DNA of 64,000 nt, from contig NC_043004.1 in the NCBI RefSeq assembly GCF_006345805.1, forward strand, positions 81,778,001 through 81,842,000, in the 5' to 3' direction. This document shows, piece after piece, positions 1-10,791 of the stretch (position 1 is its first letter; every line of letters begins with the position of its first letter). The translations under genes and the position numbers were made by a program. This stretch comes from Octopus sinensis (taxonomy: Eukaryota). Below the pieces are notes generated by a model. It saw nothing but the letters and a program-made list of their open reading frames with translations, searched no databases and was not told the DNA's origin.

Positions 1-67
1 GATGTACAGTCTTATCACAGAATTTTAAAAAAGTTTTGATAGCATCACAGAGATGCTTTAAATTAAC

Positions 68-520
68 TTGAATCTTTATTGCTCTTTGTATATATATATA
101 TATATATCTGTGAATGTATGTATCCATGTATGTATGTATGTATATATGTATGTATGTATGTATGTGTGTATGTATGTATGTGTGTGTGTATGTATGTGTG
201 TGTGTATGTGTGTATGTATGTGTGTATGTATGTATTTATGTATGTATGTATGTATGTATATATATATACGTATGTATGTATGTATGTATGTATTTATGTA
301 TGTATGTATGTATTGTATGTATGTATGTGTGTATGTATGTATGTGTGTGTGTATGTATGTGTGTGTGTATGTGTGTATGTATGTGTGTATGTATGTATTT
401 ATGTGTGTATGTATGTATGTATATATATATACGTATGTATGTATGTATGTATGTATTTATGTATGTATGTATGTATGTATGTATGTATGTATGTATGTAT
501 GTATGTTTGTATGTATGAAT
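68..520. repeat. (TATG)n/(TG)n compound microsatellite
   Basis: Direct tandem TATG/TGTA/TG units; the overlapping MYVC-type ORFs are translations of the repeat. Confidence 0.97.
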
Positions 521-700
521 GCAGCCGGAAATTGTGAGATGTTGGTTTCAATTCACTGTGGATGCTTGCTGGCCCTTCTTTTCATCTTCAACAGGGTACT
601 TACCCGATTTTCTAAACATTCTGCACAGATATTTATATATATGTACATATATATAGCATTATTAAATCTCAGAGCGAGATGTAAACAGTAACCGCTCAAC

Positions 701-1040
701 AACGTAAAGTATAAAAACCATCTCAATATGGCTAACCACAAAGTGGGGGTGTTACTGTAGCTTTTAGCCCCAGGAGATCGACGTCTCCAGCTGGTTTTAG
801 ACACACTTTCTGTGCCCTTCAGGTATTTGCAAGGGAAGCCATCCCTTCCTCGTAAGCCTTAGTGATAAGCCTTAGTGATACGGCTTACGAGGAAGGGATG
901 GCTTCCCTTTGCAAATACCTGAAGGGCACAGAAAGTGTGCCTAAAACCAGCTGGGGACGTCGATCTCCTGGGGCTTAAAGCTAGAGTAACACCCCCACTT
1001 TGTGGTTAGCCATATTGAGATGGCTTTTATACTTTACGTT
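701..1040. repeat. Long near-perfect inverted repeat (~158-bp arms) abutting (TA)n
   Basis: 701-858 (aacgtaaagt...cgtaagcc) is the reverse complement of 882-1040 (ggcttacg...actttacgtt); the 23-nt spacer overlaps a 13-bp tandem duplication taagccttagtga; (TA)n follows the right arm. Confidence 0.93.
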
Positions 1041-1300
1041 ATATATATATATATATACGTAAAATCTATATGTGTGAATTAAAGACAGATTGGTCACGAC
1101 TGGAACGTCCACGGGCAATGGTCTTGTTTGATCGTAGGTGGAAGGCGGAGGCTAAACAAGCACCGTCTTCTTCATGTCAGCCGAGGAAGATCCCAGATTA
1201 AACTGCCACGGCTCGAACCCCTCCACCATCAGAACTAATAACATATTCCTCCTCTTCCACCTCCTGCTCCTCCTCCTCCTCCTCCTCCTCCTCCTCCTCC

Positions 1301-1339
<39 letters not shown>

Positions 1340-1441
1340 ATATCATCACCGTCGTTACTGAAATCATCTTTTTTATCAGCCATATGACTTCAGTATGTTT
1401 TGCATTTAGAGAAAATTACTGAGAATATTATATAAACCAGC

Positions 1442-1660
1442 AAGGCAGCAGCGAGCTGGCAGAAACGTTAGCACGCCGGGCGAAATGTTTAGCGGTATTT
1501 CGTCTGCCGTTACGTTCAGAGTTCAAATTCCGCCGAGTTTCGATTTTGCCTTTCATCCTTCCGGGGTCGATACATTTGTACGAGTTGCGTACTGGGCTCG
1601 ACCTAATCGACTAGCCCCACCTCCAAAATTTCGAGCCTTGTGCCTAGAGTAGAAAAGAAT
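1442..1660 (+). mobile_element. tRNA-derived SINE family A monomer
   Basis: Head gcgagctggcagaaacgttagcacgccgggcgaaatg, B-box-like gagttcaaattccgcc, core cctttcatccttccggggtcgat, terminal tail gccttgtgcctagagtagaaaagaat; many copies in window. Confidence 0.85.
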
Positions 1661-1899
1661 ATCATATATACCAGCACCAACAGCATCCTCGGGCGGTTTT
1701 CTGCTAGTGTATGCCATGCTTGTGCGAAACTACTGCGATGTACTTAAAAGCCAATGTATATAAAATTTGAAATGAAAAATCTGTTAGCAATTTTGAATGT
1801 GATAAATGGATACGGGCTTAAAATATTCGCAAATATTCTCAGTTTCTAGAAAAAAGAGCCTTGTAATCTCTTAATTTTAAAGAAAATAATTGAATTAAG

Positions 1900-2030
1900 A
1901 TGGTAAAGAGAGAAAGAGAGAGAGAGAGAGAGTGTGTGTGTGGGGGGGGAGGAAACGTTGCAAGCAAAGAAAGTTGCAGGGAAGAGAGGAAAAGTATTAA
2001 AAGAAATAGCAGGGGAAGAGATACAAACGA

Positions 2031-2065
<35 letters not shown>

Positions 2066-2203
2066 ATGCGTGCGTGTTTGAGAGAGAGAGAGAGAAAGAA
2101 AGAAAAAAGAAAGAAAGAAAGAAAGAGAAAGGAAGAAAGAGAGGAAAAGAAGGAAAGAGAGAAAGAAAGGAGGAAAGAAAGACAGAGAGAAGGAAAGAGA
2201 GAG

Positions 2204-2272
<69 letters not shown>

Positions 2273-2960
2273 GAAGAAAGACAGAAAGAAAGAAAGAGAG
2301 AGAAGGAAAGAAGGAATGAGAGAGAAAGGAGGAAAGAAGGAAAGAGAGAGAAAGAAGGAAACAGAAAGAAAGGAAGATAGAAAGAAAGGAAGATAGAAAG
2401 AAAGGAAGATAGAAAGAAAGAAAGAAAGAAAGAAGAAAGAAAGAAAGAAATAAAGAAAGAGAGAAGGAAAGAAAGAAAGGAAGAAAGAAAGAGAGAGAAA
2501 GAAGGAAGAAAGGCAGAAAGAAAGAAAAAAGAAAGAAGAAAGAAGAAGAAAGAAAGAAAGAAAGAAGAAGAAAGAAGAAAGAAGAAAGAAAGAGAGAAGA
2601 AGGAAGAAGGAATGAGAGAGAAAGAAGGAAAGAAGGAAAGAGAGAGAAAGAAGGAAACAGAAAGAAAGGAAGAAAGAAAGAAGAAAGAAAGAAAGAAAGA
2701 AGAAAGAAAGAAAGAAATAAAGAAAGAAAGAAAGAAAGAAGAAATAAAGAAAGAGAGAAGGAAAGAAAGAAAGGAAGAAAGAAAGAGAGAGAAAGGAAGG
2801 AAGAAAGGCAGAAAGAAAGAAAAGAAAGTAAGAAAGAAAGAAGAAGAAACAAAGAAAGGGAGAGAGAAGACACAAAGAGCGAGGGGGAAAATACGTTAAA
2901 AATGGGGACGAGAGAGAAAAATTTACAATGATGGAAAAATAGAAAGACTAATATAAATAG
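1900..2960. repeat. Purine-rich (AAAG/GAAA)n degenerate satellite with (GA)n/(GT)n
   Basis: About 1 kb of A/G on the + strand with internally repeated blocks (e.g. 2297-2375 resembles 2590-2670); ERK/LSF-rich ORFs are artefacts. Confidence 0.95.
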
Positions 2961-3556
2961 GGGCAGCAAAGAAGAGATGAAAATAGAAAAGAGAGACAGA
3001 CAGACAGACATGACATTTCTAGGAAATAGTAAATTTTTAAAAAGAATACAATATAAAACGTTAAAAATATAAGTCGTAGAAAATATAAATTAGTTTTCTG
3101 ATTGAAAGAAACCTGAAAACTGCATTTTGATCAAAAATTTACATTGAAATTGCAATTTATAAGAATTTATTAGACAGTATAGACTTTCATAATTGCTTTC
3201 TTATAGTAAAAGTTACATTCTTATAACTATCGTATGTACCGCATATTGGCCGAGGTGATGTTTTTGAGGCCCAAAACCTTAGTTTTTAAAATTCCTGGTA
3301 TATCAGCAGAGGGCATTGAATAGTAACAACCGATCGATCTCAAGAATTATTACAGGTTAAGGAATATGAATGACTTCAACAAAATCCTTACAAATCACGA
3401 AGTTACAGTAAAGTGGATATGTTTATTTTCGAAATCATGGGGTAATCCGGAGAACTTCGTTTACTTGATGTGACGAACTTTGCATGTAAAAGCGAAATGT
3501 GAAATGGCCTATTGTTGCATTGAAGCAATATTAAAGTTATTATTAAATACTGAATC

Positions 3557-4127
3557 AAGGCGGGGAGCTGGCAGAAACGTTAGCACGCCGGGCGAAATGC
3601 TTAGCGGTATTTCGTCTGCGTTACGTTGTGAGTTCAAATTCCGCCGAGGTCGACTTTGCCTTTCATCCTTTCGGGGTCGATAAATTAAGTACCAGTTACG
3701 CACTGGGGTCGATGTAATCGACTTAATACCTGTGTCTGTCCTTGTTTGTCCCCTCTGTGTTTAGCCCCTTGTGGGTAGTAAAGAAATAGGTATTTCGTCT
3801 GTCGTTACGTTCTGAGTTTAAATTCCGCCGAGGTCGATTTTGCTTTTCATCCTTTCGGGGTTGATAAATTAAGTACCAGTTACGCACTGGGGTCGATATA
3901 ATCGACTCAATCCGTTTATCTGTCCATGTTTGTCCTCTCTGTGTTTAGCCCCTTGTGGGTAGTAAAGAAATAGGTATTTCATCAGCCGCTATAATTCTGA
4001 GTTCAAATTCTGCTGAGGCCTGCTTTGCCTTTCAGGGTCGATAAATTCGAAACACTGGGGTCGATGTAATCGACTAGTCCTCTACCTAAAAATTTTAAAG
4101 GCGTTGTGCCTTCAGTAGAAAGGATTA
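3557..4127 (+). mobile_element. SINE family A head-to-tail trimer
   Basis: One full head at 3557, then head-less units restarting at gtatttc (about 3790 and 3973) after the linker tgggtagtaaagaaatag; the last unit has the alternative terminal tail. Confidence 0.87.
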
Positions 4128-4748
4128 TTAAATATGGAATTGAAGAAATAAGAACGTATATAGATGATTAATTTCTTAATTGTAAACTGAGGTAATTAGT
4201 GATAGTATTACAACAAATTATTAACAAATAAATCCCTCTTGTTCTCAGTGTTGATAATTAATACGAGGATGAAAGGAAATTACAAGTGTTCAAAGGCCTA
4301 TTAAAATAGACAACTGACCTTTGTAGTCATGCATCAGTATTATTCTGAACAGTAAACTCGATAATTACAAACAACTTGCAAGGAAATTGAGATTGGTCTT
4401 TGTTATCACAACAATATCAAGATGCCGAAAACGAAAACGAATGAAATATGAAGCTGGATCAAAATCGAAAACTCATGCAGTACACCTAAGAATACAACTG
4501 CATCGCTGCCAAGTCAGAGAATGTCGAAAATTAAAAGAAATTTTGAAAAAAGTGCCAAAAGATAGAAATATACTTTGAAAGATTTTCGACAATTCATACA
4601 TGACTGACAAAGATATAAGATATATGGGAAAGCCTACTTTTTTCCATCGAAGGCTTATGTGCCTCATTCTTAGACTATTTTCTTTAGTCATTGCGCGGTG
4701 AGCGCTTCTAAGCTCTGAGCTTATAAAATACTATTATTATTATTTACA

Positions 4749-4809
<61 letters not shown>

Positions 4810-4825
4810 TGTATGTATACACACA

Positions 4826-5470
4826 CAGGGTGCAATGGGTAAAATGTCGCCATTTAATACCTTTAATTTCCCACATGCACATTGTTTGGATTTGATTTTG
4901 TCGACTCCACAGTACAGTAGGGTCAGTTGGGCACCGTCTGTGAGAAAAACAGCATCATGACGCAATTCACTCTGCCAAAAATTTGGAAACGACAACCTGT
5001 AATGCTTGACATTCGCGCCGGAAGCTTCAATACGAACAGATGGCGATCACAGAACAACCGTTGGTTTGCCATGTCCCCAAAACATGTACCGAGAGAGATA
5101 AAAAGATCAAACATCCAGTCAACATCATGGCGTTTGGAGTGACCACTAGTGATGGCGACGTCTTGTTTCCATTCATCTTCCCACACGGCCTCAGACTCAA
5201 CACGGCGGCCTACATCAGGGTAGGCAGTGCTCCGTGATGTACACGAAGGCCTACACCAAGCTAGGTAGTGAGGAGATAGTGCTGCCATGGGACAAGGGGG
5301 TAGCCACTGGAAGACTCATTGTCTGGCAACAGGATTCTGCACCATGCTACACAAGGAGAACCCAATCATGGCTTTCAGACAATTTCTGTGATCACATCAC
5401 CCCTAACATCTGACCACCTAAATCCTCATACTGCAACCCCCGTCATTATTATATGTAGGACAGAGTTGAG
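4826..5470 (+). pseudogene. Degenerate Tc1/mariner-superfamily transposase, maT (DD37D)-like
   Basis: Frameshifted fragments QNNRWFAMSPKHVP, HPVNIMAFGVTTSDGDVLFPFIFPHGLRLNTAAYI and WQQDSAPC...WLSDNFCDHITPNI*PP resemble maT/DD37D transposases; cagggtg TIR-like start at about 4826. Confidence 0.72.
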
Positions 5471-5479
5471 CGAGAGACC

Positions 5480-5955
5480 AACAAAACTGCTTGTAACTTT
5501 TATTCCTTCATTTGCTTCAGTCATTAGACTGCGACCATTCTGGGGCACCGCCTTGAGGAGGTTTTTAGATGAGCAAATCGACCCCATGACTTTAATTTTT
5601 AGCCTAGTACTTATTCTATCGGTTTCTTTGCTAAGCCGCTAAGTTATGGGGACCTAAACACTCCAGCACCGATTGTCAAACACAGACAAATATACACGCA
5701 CACATAAATGCACATAAACGCACACATAAATGCACACACACACGCACAAATAAATACACATACACGCACACATAAATACACATACACGCACACATATAAG
5801 ACGGGCTTCTTTCGGTTTCCATCTATCAGAACCATTCACAAGGTTTTGGTCGAACCGAGGGTATAACAGGAGACATTTGCCCAAAATTCCACGCAGTGGG
5901 ACTGAACCCGGAACCTTGTGGTTAGGAAGCTAGTTTCTTACCACACAGCCACGCC
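5480..5955 (-). mobile_element. tRNA-derived SINE family B
   Basis: Reverse complement of ggcgtggctgtgtggtaagaaac...ggttccgggttcagtcccactgcgtgg...gatagaataagtactaggct...gcggtgccccagaatggtcgcagtc with central (TG/TA) microsatellite. Confidence 0.85.
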
Positions 5956-6009
5956 TACGCCTGTATATATACACGCACATACACACACACACACATATAC
6001 TTATATATA

Positions 6010-6866
6010 CGAGGTCTGATCAATAAGTGTCCGGGCTGTTACGATAGTAACGAAGCCACGGCACACAGAGTGAAGCCGTTTGGTACAGAATGACCTTGAC
6101 CGCGGCTGTGCATGCGTTCAAAATTTTAACGTTCCAGCTCACTTCCGCTATTTACAGTAGTGCTTGAAAGGAATGTGTGTAGCATGTGATCGCCGCATTG
6201 ACCATGACAGAGGAAGTTGTCATGGCAATACCTGCTCAGAGACCTACGTAAAGTTTTCAGAAAGTACATGGAGAGGGGGGTGTATGAGCCGCACACAAGT
6301 GAACGAGTGGGTCAGACGTTTTCAAGATGGCCGAAAAATGTCGATAGTAACGAACGTTCTGGGAGAGCTGCAACCAGAAAAACGGAGAGAAACATGGCAG
6401 ATGTGTGTGCAGCTGTGAGGGGAAATCGTCGAATCATCATCCGGGAGTTATCAGAGGATGTGCAGATTAGTTATGGTTCAGTTCAGTCCGTTATCACTAA
6501 AGATTTGAGTATGAGATGCGTGTCTGCCAAGTTTGAGGCCAAACTGCTTTCAGCTCACCAAAAAGACACTTGCGTTTCAGTTACAAAAGATTTTTGAGGA
6601 CGATGAAAACTTGTTGAAAGCTTTGCATAGACCTCTGAGCAGATATCGCCTAAATTTTGGTAACTGTGTTATGGTCAATGCGACTATCACACGCTACACA
6701 CCTTCCTTCCAAGCACTGCTGTAAACAGCGGAAGTGAACTAGAACATTAAAACTTAGTGCACATGCACAGCAGAGTTTAAGGTCAATCTGTGCCAAGCGG
6801 TTTTACTCTGCATGCTTTAGCTTCGTTACTATAGCAACAGTCCGGATACTTATTGATCAGACCACA
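6010..6866 (+). mobile_element. Internally deleted mariner element with ~200-bp extended inverted ends
   Basis: TA flanks; termini cgaggtctgatcaataag / cttattgatcagaccaca; internal ORF remnants encode the mariner N-terminal HTH (CMSRTQVNEWVRRFQDGR; RRIIIRELSEDVQISYGSVQSVITKDL); 6010-6215 is the reverse complement of about 6665-6866. Confidence 0.9.
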
Positions 6867-7794
6867 TATACGTATGTATTTATGTACGTATGTATATATT
6901 ACCGTTTGTCAAGTACCACTCAACCGTCCTTTTCCGAACGCCATCTTCACCGAACCCGTCTCTATCTGTTTTCGCAGAAGTTTTTTGGTCTTGTCACTCT
7001 GTATTTTTCTCATCTCACTCTTTCTTCATTTTATTCTCCTCTGTCTCAGAGGAAAAGTGAATTAATGGCATTTTATGATAACAGCCGAAATTAGGAGTTA
7101 TTAAATGCTTTTAGAAACCAATGACCGCAAAGTAATCGCTCGGTTTTATGACAAATCTATAATAATTTACCGACAAGGCTGCCATATTGAATTAGGCAAA
7201 CAGCCAAAATAGGAGTCACTACGCGTTCGATGAACCTGCTAGAAATAGTAACGAAATTGCTCTTAAATGGCACATCTTCCTTTCAACCCTTTCCACCCCA
7301 AAAATGATGTATTGGATAATGCACTCGATAAATTGTTTGTCAAAGATGTGATGATCGTAGCAAGAAACGCCTTTGATCAGAGCTGGCTCTCGGCCCAACG
7401 ACTCGAATATTAACGCTGACATTGACTACAACAACAACAAAATTTGAATTAATGTGAAACTTCTCACACGCCATATAATAACTTCTAGTCTTTAAATATA
7501 TATTTTCTCTTGAATCTCTCTAAACATGGCCGATAATTCTACTCCAGATCCATTTACTCACAACCAGTAAGGAAGTTGTCTCTGTAATAATTCACTTGCT
7601 AGAAATAGCATCGAAATTGCCCTCTAATCGAATTTTAAGCGTCTTCAAATTTAGGAGACACATTTAATTTGATAACACACTACTAGATATATAGCTTGGG
7701 ATAAAGACTATAAAGTCACGGTTGGGACGCCTTTGATCATAAATTCGCTCAGTAAGATGTTGCATGGAAATCAACCACAAAATACACACAAACA

Positions 7795-8129
7795 TACGTG
7801 CAGAATTGGCTATCTGGTAAGAGGCTTGCTTTCCAACCACATGGTTCCGAGTTCAGTCCCACAGCGTGGCACCTTGGGCAAGTGTCTTCTACTATAGTCT
7901 CGGGCCGACCAAAGCCTTGTGAGTGGATTTGGTTGACGGAAACTGAAAGAGGCCCGTTGTATATATATATATATATATATACACTGTTGTGTCTGGGGAG
8001 AGTCATTCTCTTTCGGTGCCTTATAATTTGACAGGCACCAAAAGAGAATGACTCTCCCCAGACACAACAGAATATGCTTCAACATACGAACTCACATAAA
8101 GAATCTTGCAAACCAAATACAAAAACGAA

Positions 8130-8208
<79 letters not shown>

Positions 8209-8420
8209 TGTGTGTTTTTGTGCGTCTGTGTTTGTCCGCTCACCATCGCTTGACAACCGATGTTCGTGTGTTTACGTCCCCTTAACTTATAGGTTCGGTC
8301 AAAGAGACCGACCGATAGAATAGGTACTAGGCTTACTAAGAAAACGTCCCGAGGTCAATTTGTTCGACTAAAGGTGATACTCCAGCATGGCCGCAGTTAA
8401 AAGACTGAAACTAGTAAAAG
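7795..8420 (+). mobile_element. SINE family B, interrupted in its central microsatellite by a hairpin insert
   Basis: Head tggctatctggtaagaggcttg...ggttccgagttcagtccc; body ccttgggcaagtgtcttctactatag; tail ctccagcatggccgcagtt; insert at about 7981-8130. Confidence 0.85.
7984..8070. repeat. 38-bp-arm hairpin inside (TA)n
   Basis: ctgttgtgtctggggagagtcattctctttcggtgcct (7984-8021) pairs with 8033-8070 with one mismatch; 11-nt loop. Confidence 0.93.
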
Positions 8421-8424
8421 AAAG

Positions 8425-8635
8425 AAAAACAAACCCTATATGCTTATCGCTAGCCACTAAGCTTTTTTTAATTTTCTCTCCCGTTTATTTCTGTGGTCCT
8501 TTCTGTTGAAGAGCGTAGTCTCGAAACGTAAAAGACTTTCTCACTTCCCGTGCGTTAAACTAATACATCTGTTTGTTGTTTATACACCCATCTTCGTCAT
8601 TTGTTTTGTTTGTTTTTTTGTAAATTCCATCTATA
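8425..8635 (+). mobile_element. Solo PLE terminal repeat (family A, variant subfamily)
   Basis: Shares ctttctgttgaagagcgtag.ctcgaaacgtaaaagac and taatacat.tgtttgtt...cttcgtc with the 3' end of the PLE at 31800-32107; a minus-strand relative lies at 63425-63600. Confidence 0.75.
8499..8534 (+). ncRNA. Minimal type I hammerhead-like motif (CUGUUGA core), stem II mismatch
   Basis: cttt CTGTTGA a gagc gtag tctc GAAA cgt A aaag; stem I cttt/aaag; palindromic ACGU stem III; GUA triplet. Confidence 0.55.
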
Positions 8636-8744
8636 TTTATCTACTTATAAGATCAGCAAAATTTAGATTCAGATGAATATGATATTTAAGTCAAAGGCAC
8701 CAGAATTTTGTATGGTATAATCCATATAAATCAAATGGGGTGAT

Positions 8745-8883
8745 TATAATCAAAACAAGCAACGAATATATCCGAGGTAGAGTAGTACAATTGTTTCATG
8801 CTACTTCATTTTAATAAAATGAAGTAGCATGAAACAATTGTACTACTCTACCTCGGATATCCTTGTTGCTTGTTTTGATTATA
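8745..8883. repeat. ~69-bp-arm snap-back palindrome with essentially no loop, abutting (TA)n
   Basis: 8745-8813 (tataatcaaaacaagc...cttcatttta) is the reverse complement of 8815-8883; small mismatch near cgaatatatcc. Confidence 0.93.
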
Positions 8884-9163
8884 TATATATATATATTTAT
8901 ATATATATTGGAAGGTTTGGAAATGATGTACAGGTATTATATATTAGAAGAAATGAGGTAATCAGAAGATCGGATGGTTCATATTTATAGATATTTATTT
9001 ATATATTGCATTTTTTACATATATATATCATATCATTCAGATCATATCATTCAGATTATTAGCGCTTTCTCCCATTCCAGTGGGGTTTTCAAATCAAATT
9101 AATATATATATGTATGCATATGTATATTATTTATTTTTTAATGGTCACAATAAATGTATTAAA

Positions 9164-9216
9164 GCGCTACAAATAGTTTCATATGTTAGGAACACTCAAA
9201 CATATTCTTCAGGCGC
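9164..9216 (-). ncRNA. Type I hammerhead ribozyme, canonical core
   Basis: Minus strand: gcgc CUGAAGA auauguu-ugaguguuccu-aacauau GAAAC uauuu GUA gcgc. Stem I 4 bp, stem II 7 perfect bp, stem III 2 bp, GUA cleavage triplet. Confidence 0.75.
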
Positions 9217-9377
9217 AATCCACATATCATGATGAACTAAAGAAATTGAAATATATGAATCTATTAGTAGCGCCGTAATACATGTATTATGACCTTTAAA
9301 TAAATAATATTTATCTCTCACTAGATGGAGTACTTTTTGGTTGAATTTTCTATCACGAATCAGTACATATTATATAT

Positions 9378-9439
<62 letters not shown>

Positions 9440-9537
9440 ACGGGAAGCTTTATGAAAATAAACAAAAGACGAAGGCAGGTGGAAAACAAACGAACAATTG
9501 TATTAGTATGGCGCTCAGGAAATATAAATAAAACAAG

Positions 9538-9575
9538 TCTTTAACGTTTCGAGGCTACGCTCTTCAACAGAAAGA
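9538..9575 (-). ncRNA. Minimal type I hammerhead-like motif (CUGUUGA core), inverted pLTR copy
   Basis: Minus strand: tcttt CTGTTGA a gagc gtag cctc GAAA cgt T aaaga. Confidence 0.55.
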
Positions 9576-9710
9576 TACACAGAGAGAGAAAAACACAGAA
9601 AGAAGGAGAGAAAAAAAATGCGTGCAGTAGCTAACGAATCAACATGGCGATCTGATTTCGGCCAGAGGTCAAAGATCAAACATGAGACGCGAGAGCGAAA
9701 TAAGGGGAGA

Positions 9711-9741
<31 letters not shown>

Positions 9742-10360
9742 GTATATATATATATGTGTGTATAACCCCCCTCTCCCCCTCCTCATCTAACCTCCCCCGA
9801 CCCCTACTTCTCTTCAGTCCTTCATCCTTTCACCCCTACTCCTCTACCCTTCTTCCATCTTTCTCTCTGCTCCCTCACTCCCCTTCTCTCTCTCTCTCCC
9901 CCTCTCCCTCTATCCTCCCACCTCCTCTCCCCTCCTCTTCTCCTCTCCTTCCTTCTCCCCCTTCCCCCTCCTCTTCTCCCCTTTCCTTCTCCCCCTCCCC
10001 TCCCCTTTCTCCCTTTTCTTTATCCCCCTCACCCCCCTTACCTCCCCCTCTTCCCTCATCTCCTCTCTCTACACTACACCATACGACTTTACACATCACA
10101 TCATATATACATACACACGTCCATACCTCTCATACGCACTAATACTCTCTCATACACACACACACACTCTTCTCATACACACACACACACACTCTTATGT
10201 TGGAGCGAGGTCATCTAACCCTATTATCTCCCCTAATTTCGCTCTTGCGTCTCACGTTTGATCTTTGACTTCTGGCCGAAATCAGATCACCATGTTGATT
10301 CGCTAACCTCTGCACGCATATTTTTTTTCTCTCCTTCTTTCTGTGTTTTTTCTCTGTGTA

Positions 10361-10398
10361 TCTTTCTGTTGAAGAGCGTAGGCTCGAAACGTTAAAGA
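10361..10398 (+). ncRNA. Minimal type I hammerhead-like motif (CUGUUGA core)
   Basis: tcttt CTGTTGA a GAGC gtag GCTC GAAA cgt T aaaga; stem I 5 bp, stem II 4 bp, ACGU palindrome, GUU triplet. Confidence 0.68.
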
Positions 10399-10525
10399 CT
10401 TGTTTTATTCATATTTCTTGAGCGCCATACTAATACAATTGTTTGTTTATATTCCACCTGCCTTCGTCTTTTTTTATTTCCGTAAACCTGCCGTCGTCTT
10501 TTGTCTATTTTCATAAAGCTTCCCG

Positions 10526-10574
<49 letters not shown>

Positions 10575-10595
10575 GGTGTATATGTATATATATAT

Positions 10596-10640
<45 letters not shown>

Positions 10641-10757
10641 TATATATATATATATGAAGTTTATTTAGTTTCAGTAAGGCTATATAAGCTCCTGTTTATC
10701 TCAATGTGTTTTATTCACTTTTACACTTTTCAAAACACCATGCTACTTCCCCTTTTC

Positions 10758-10791
<34 letters not shown>

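Larger units (their letters stand above)
9438..10528 (+). mobile_element. 5'-truncated PLE family A copy with inverted pLTR
   Basis: 9763-10528 matches the 3' end of the PLE at about 31230-32107; 9438-9711 is an inverted copy of 10225-10528; both outer ends read gcttcccgtta|(TA)n. Confidence 0.88.

Noticed and set aside
541-600. Minus-strand CTGTTGA...GAAAC next to the first palindrome
   Set aside because: No convincing stem II, stem III or NUH triplet.
1665-3240. Possible minus-strand Helitron-like element enclosing the AAAG satellite
   Set aside because: Termini are too decayed to support.
3557-4127. CRISPR-like array in the SINE multimers
   Set aside because: Units are ~190-bp degenerate SINE cores without unique spacers, in eukaryotic DNA with no cas genes.
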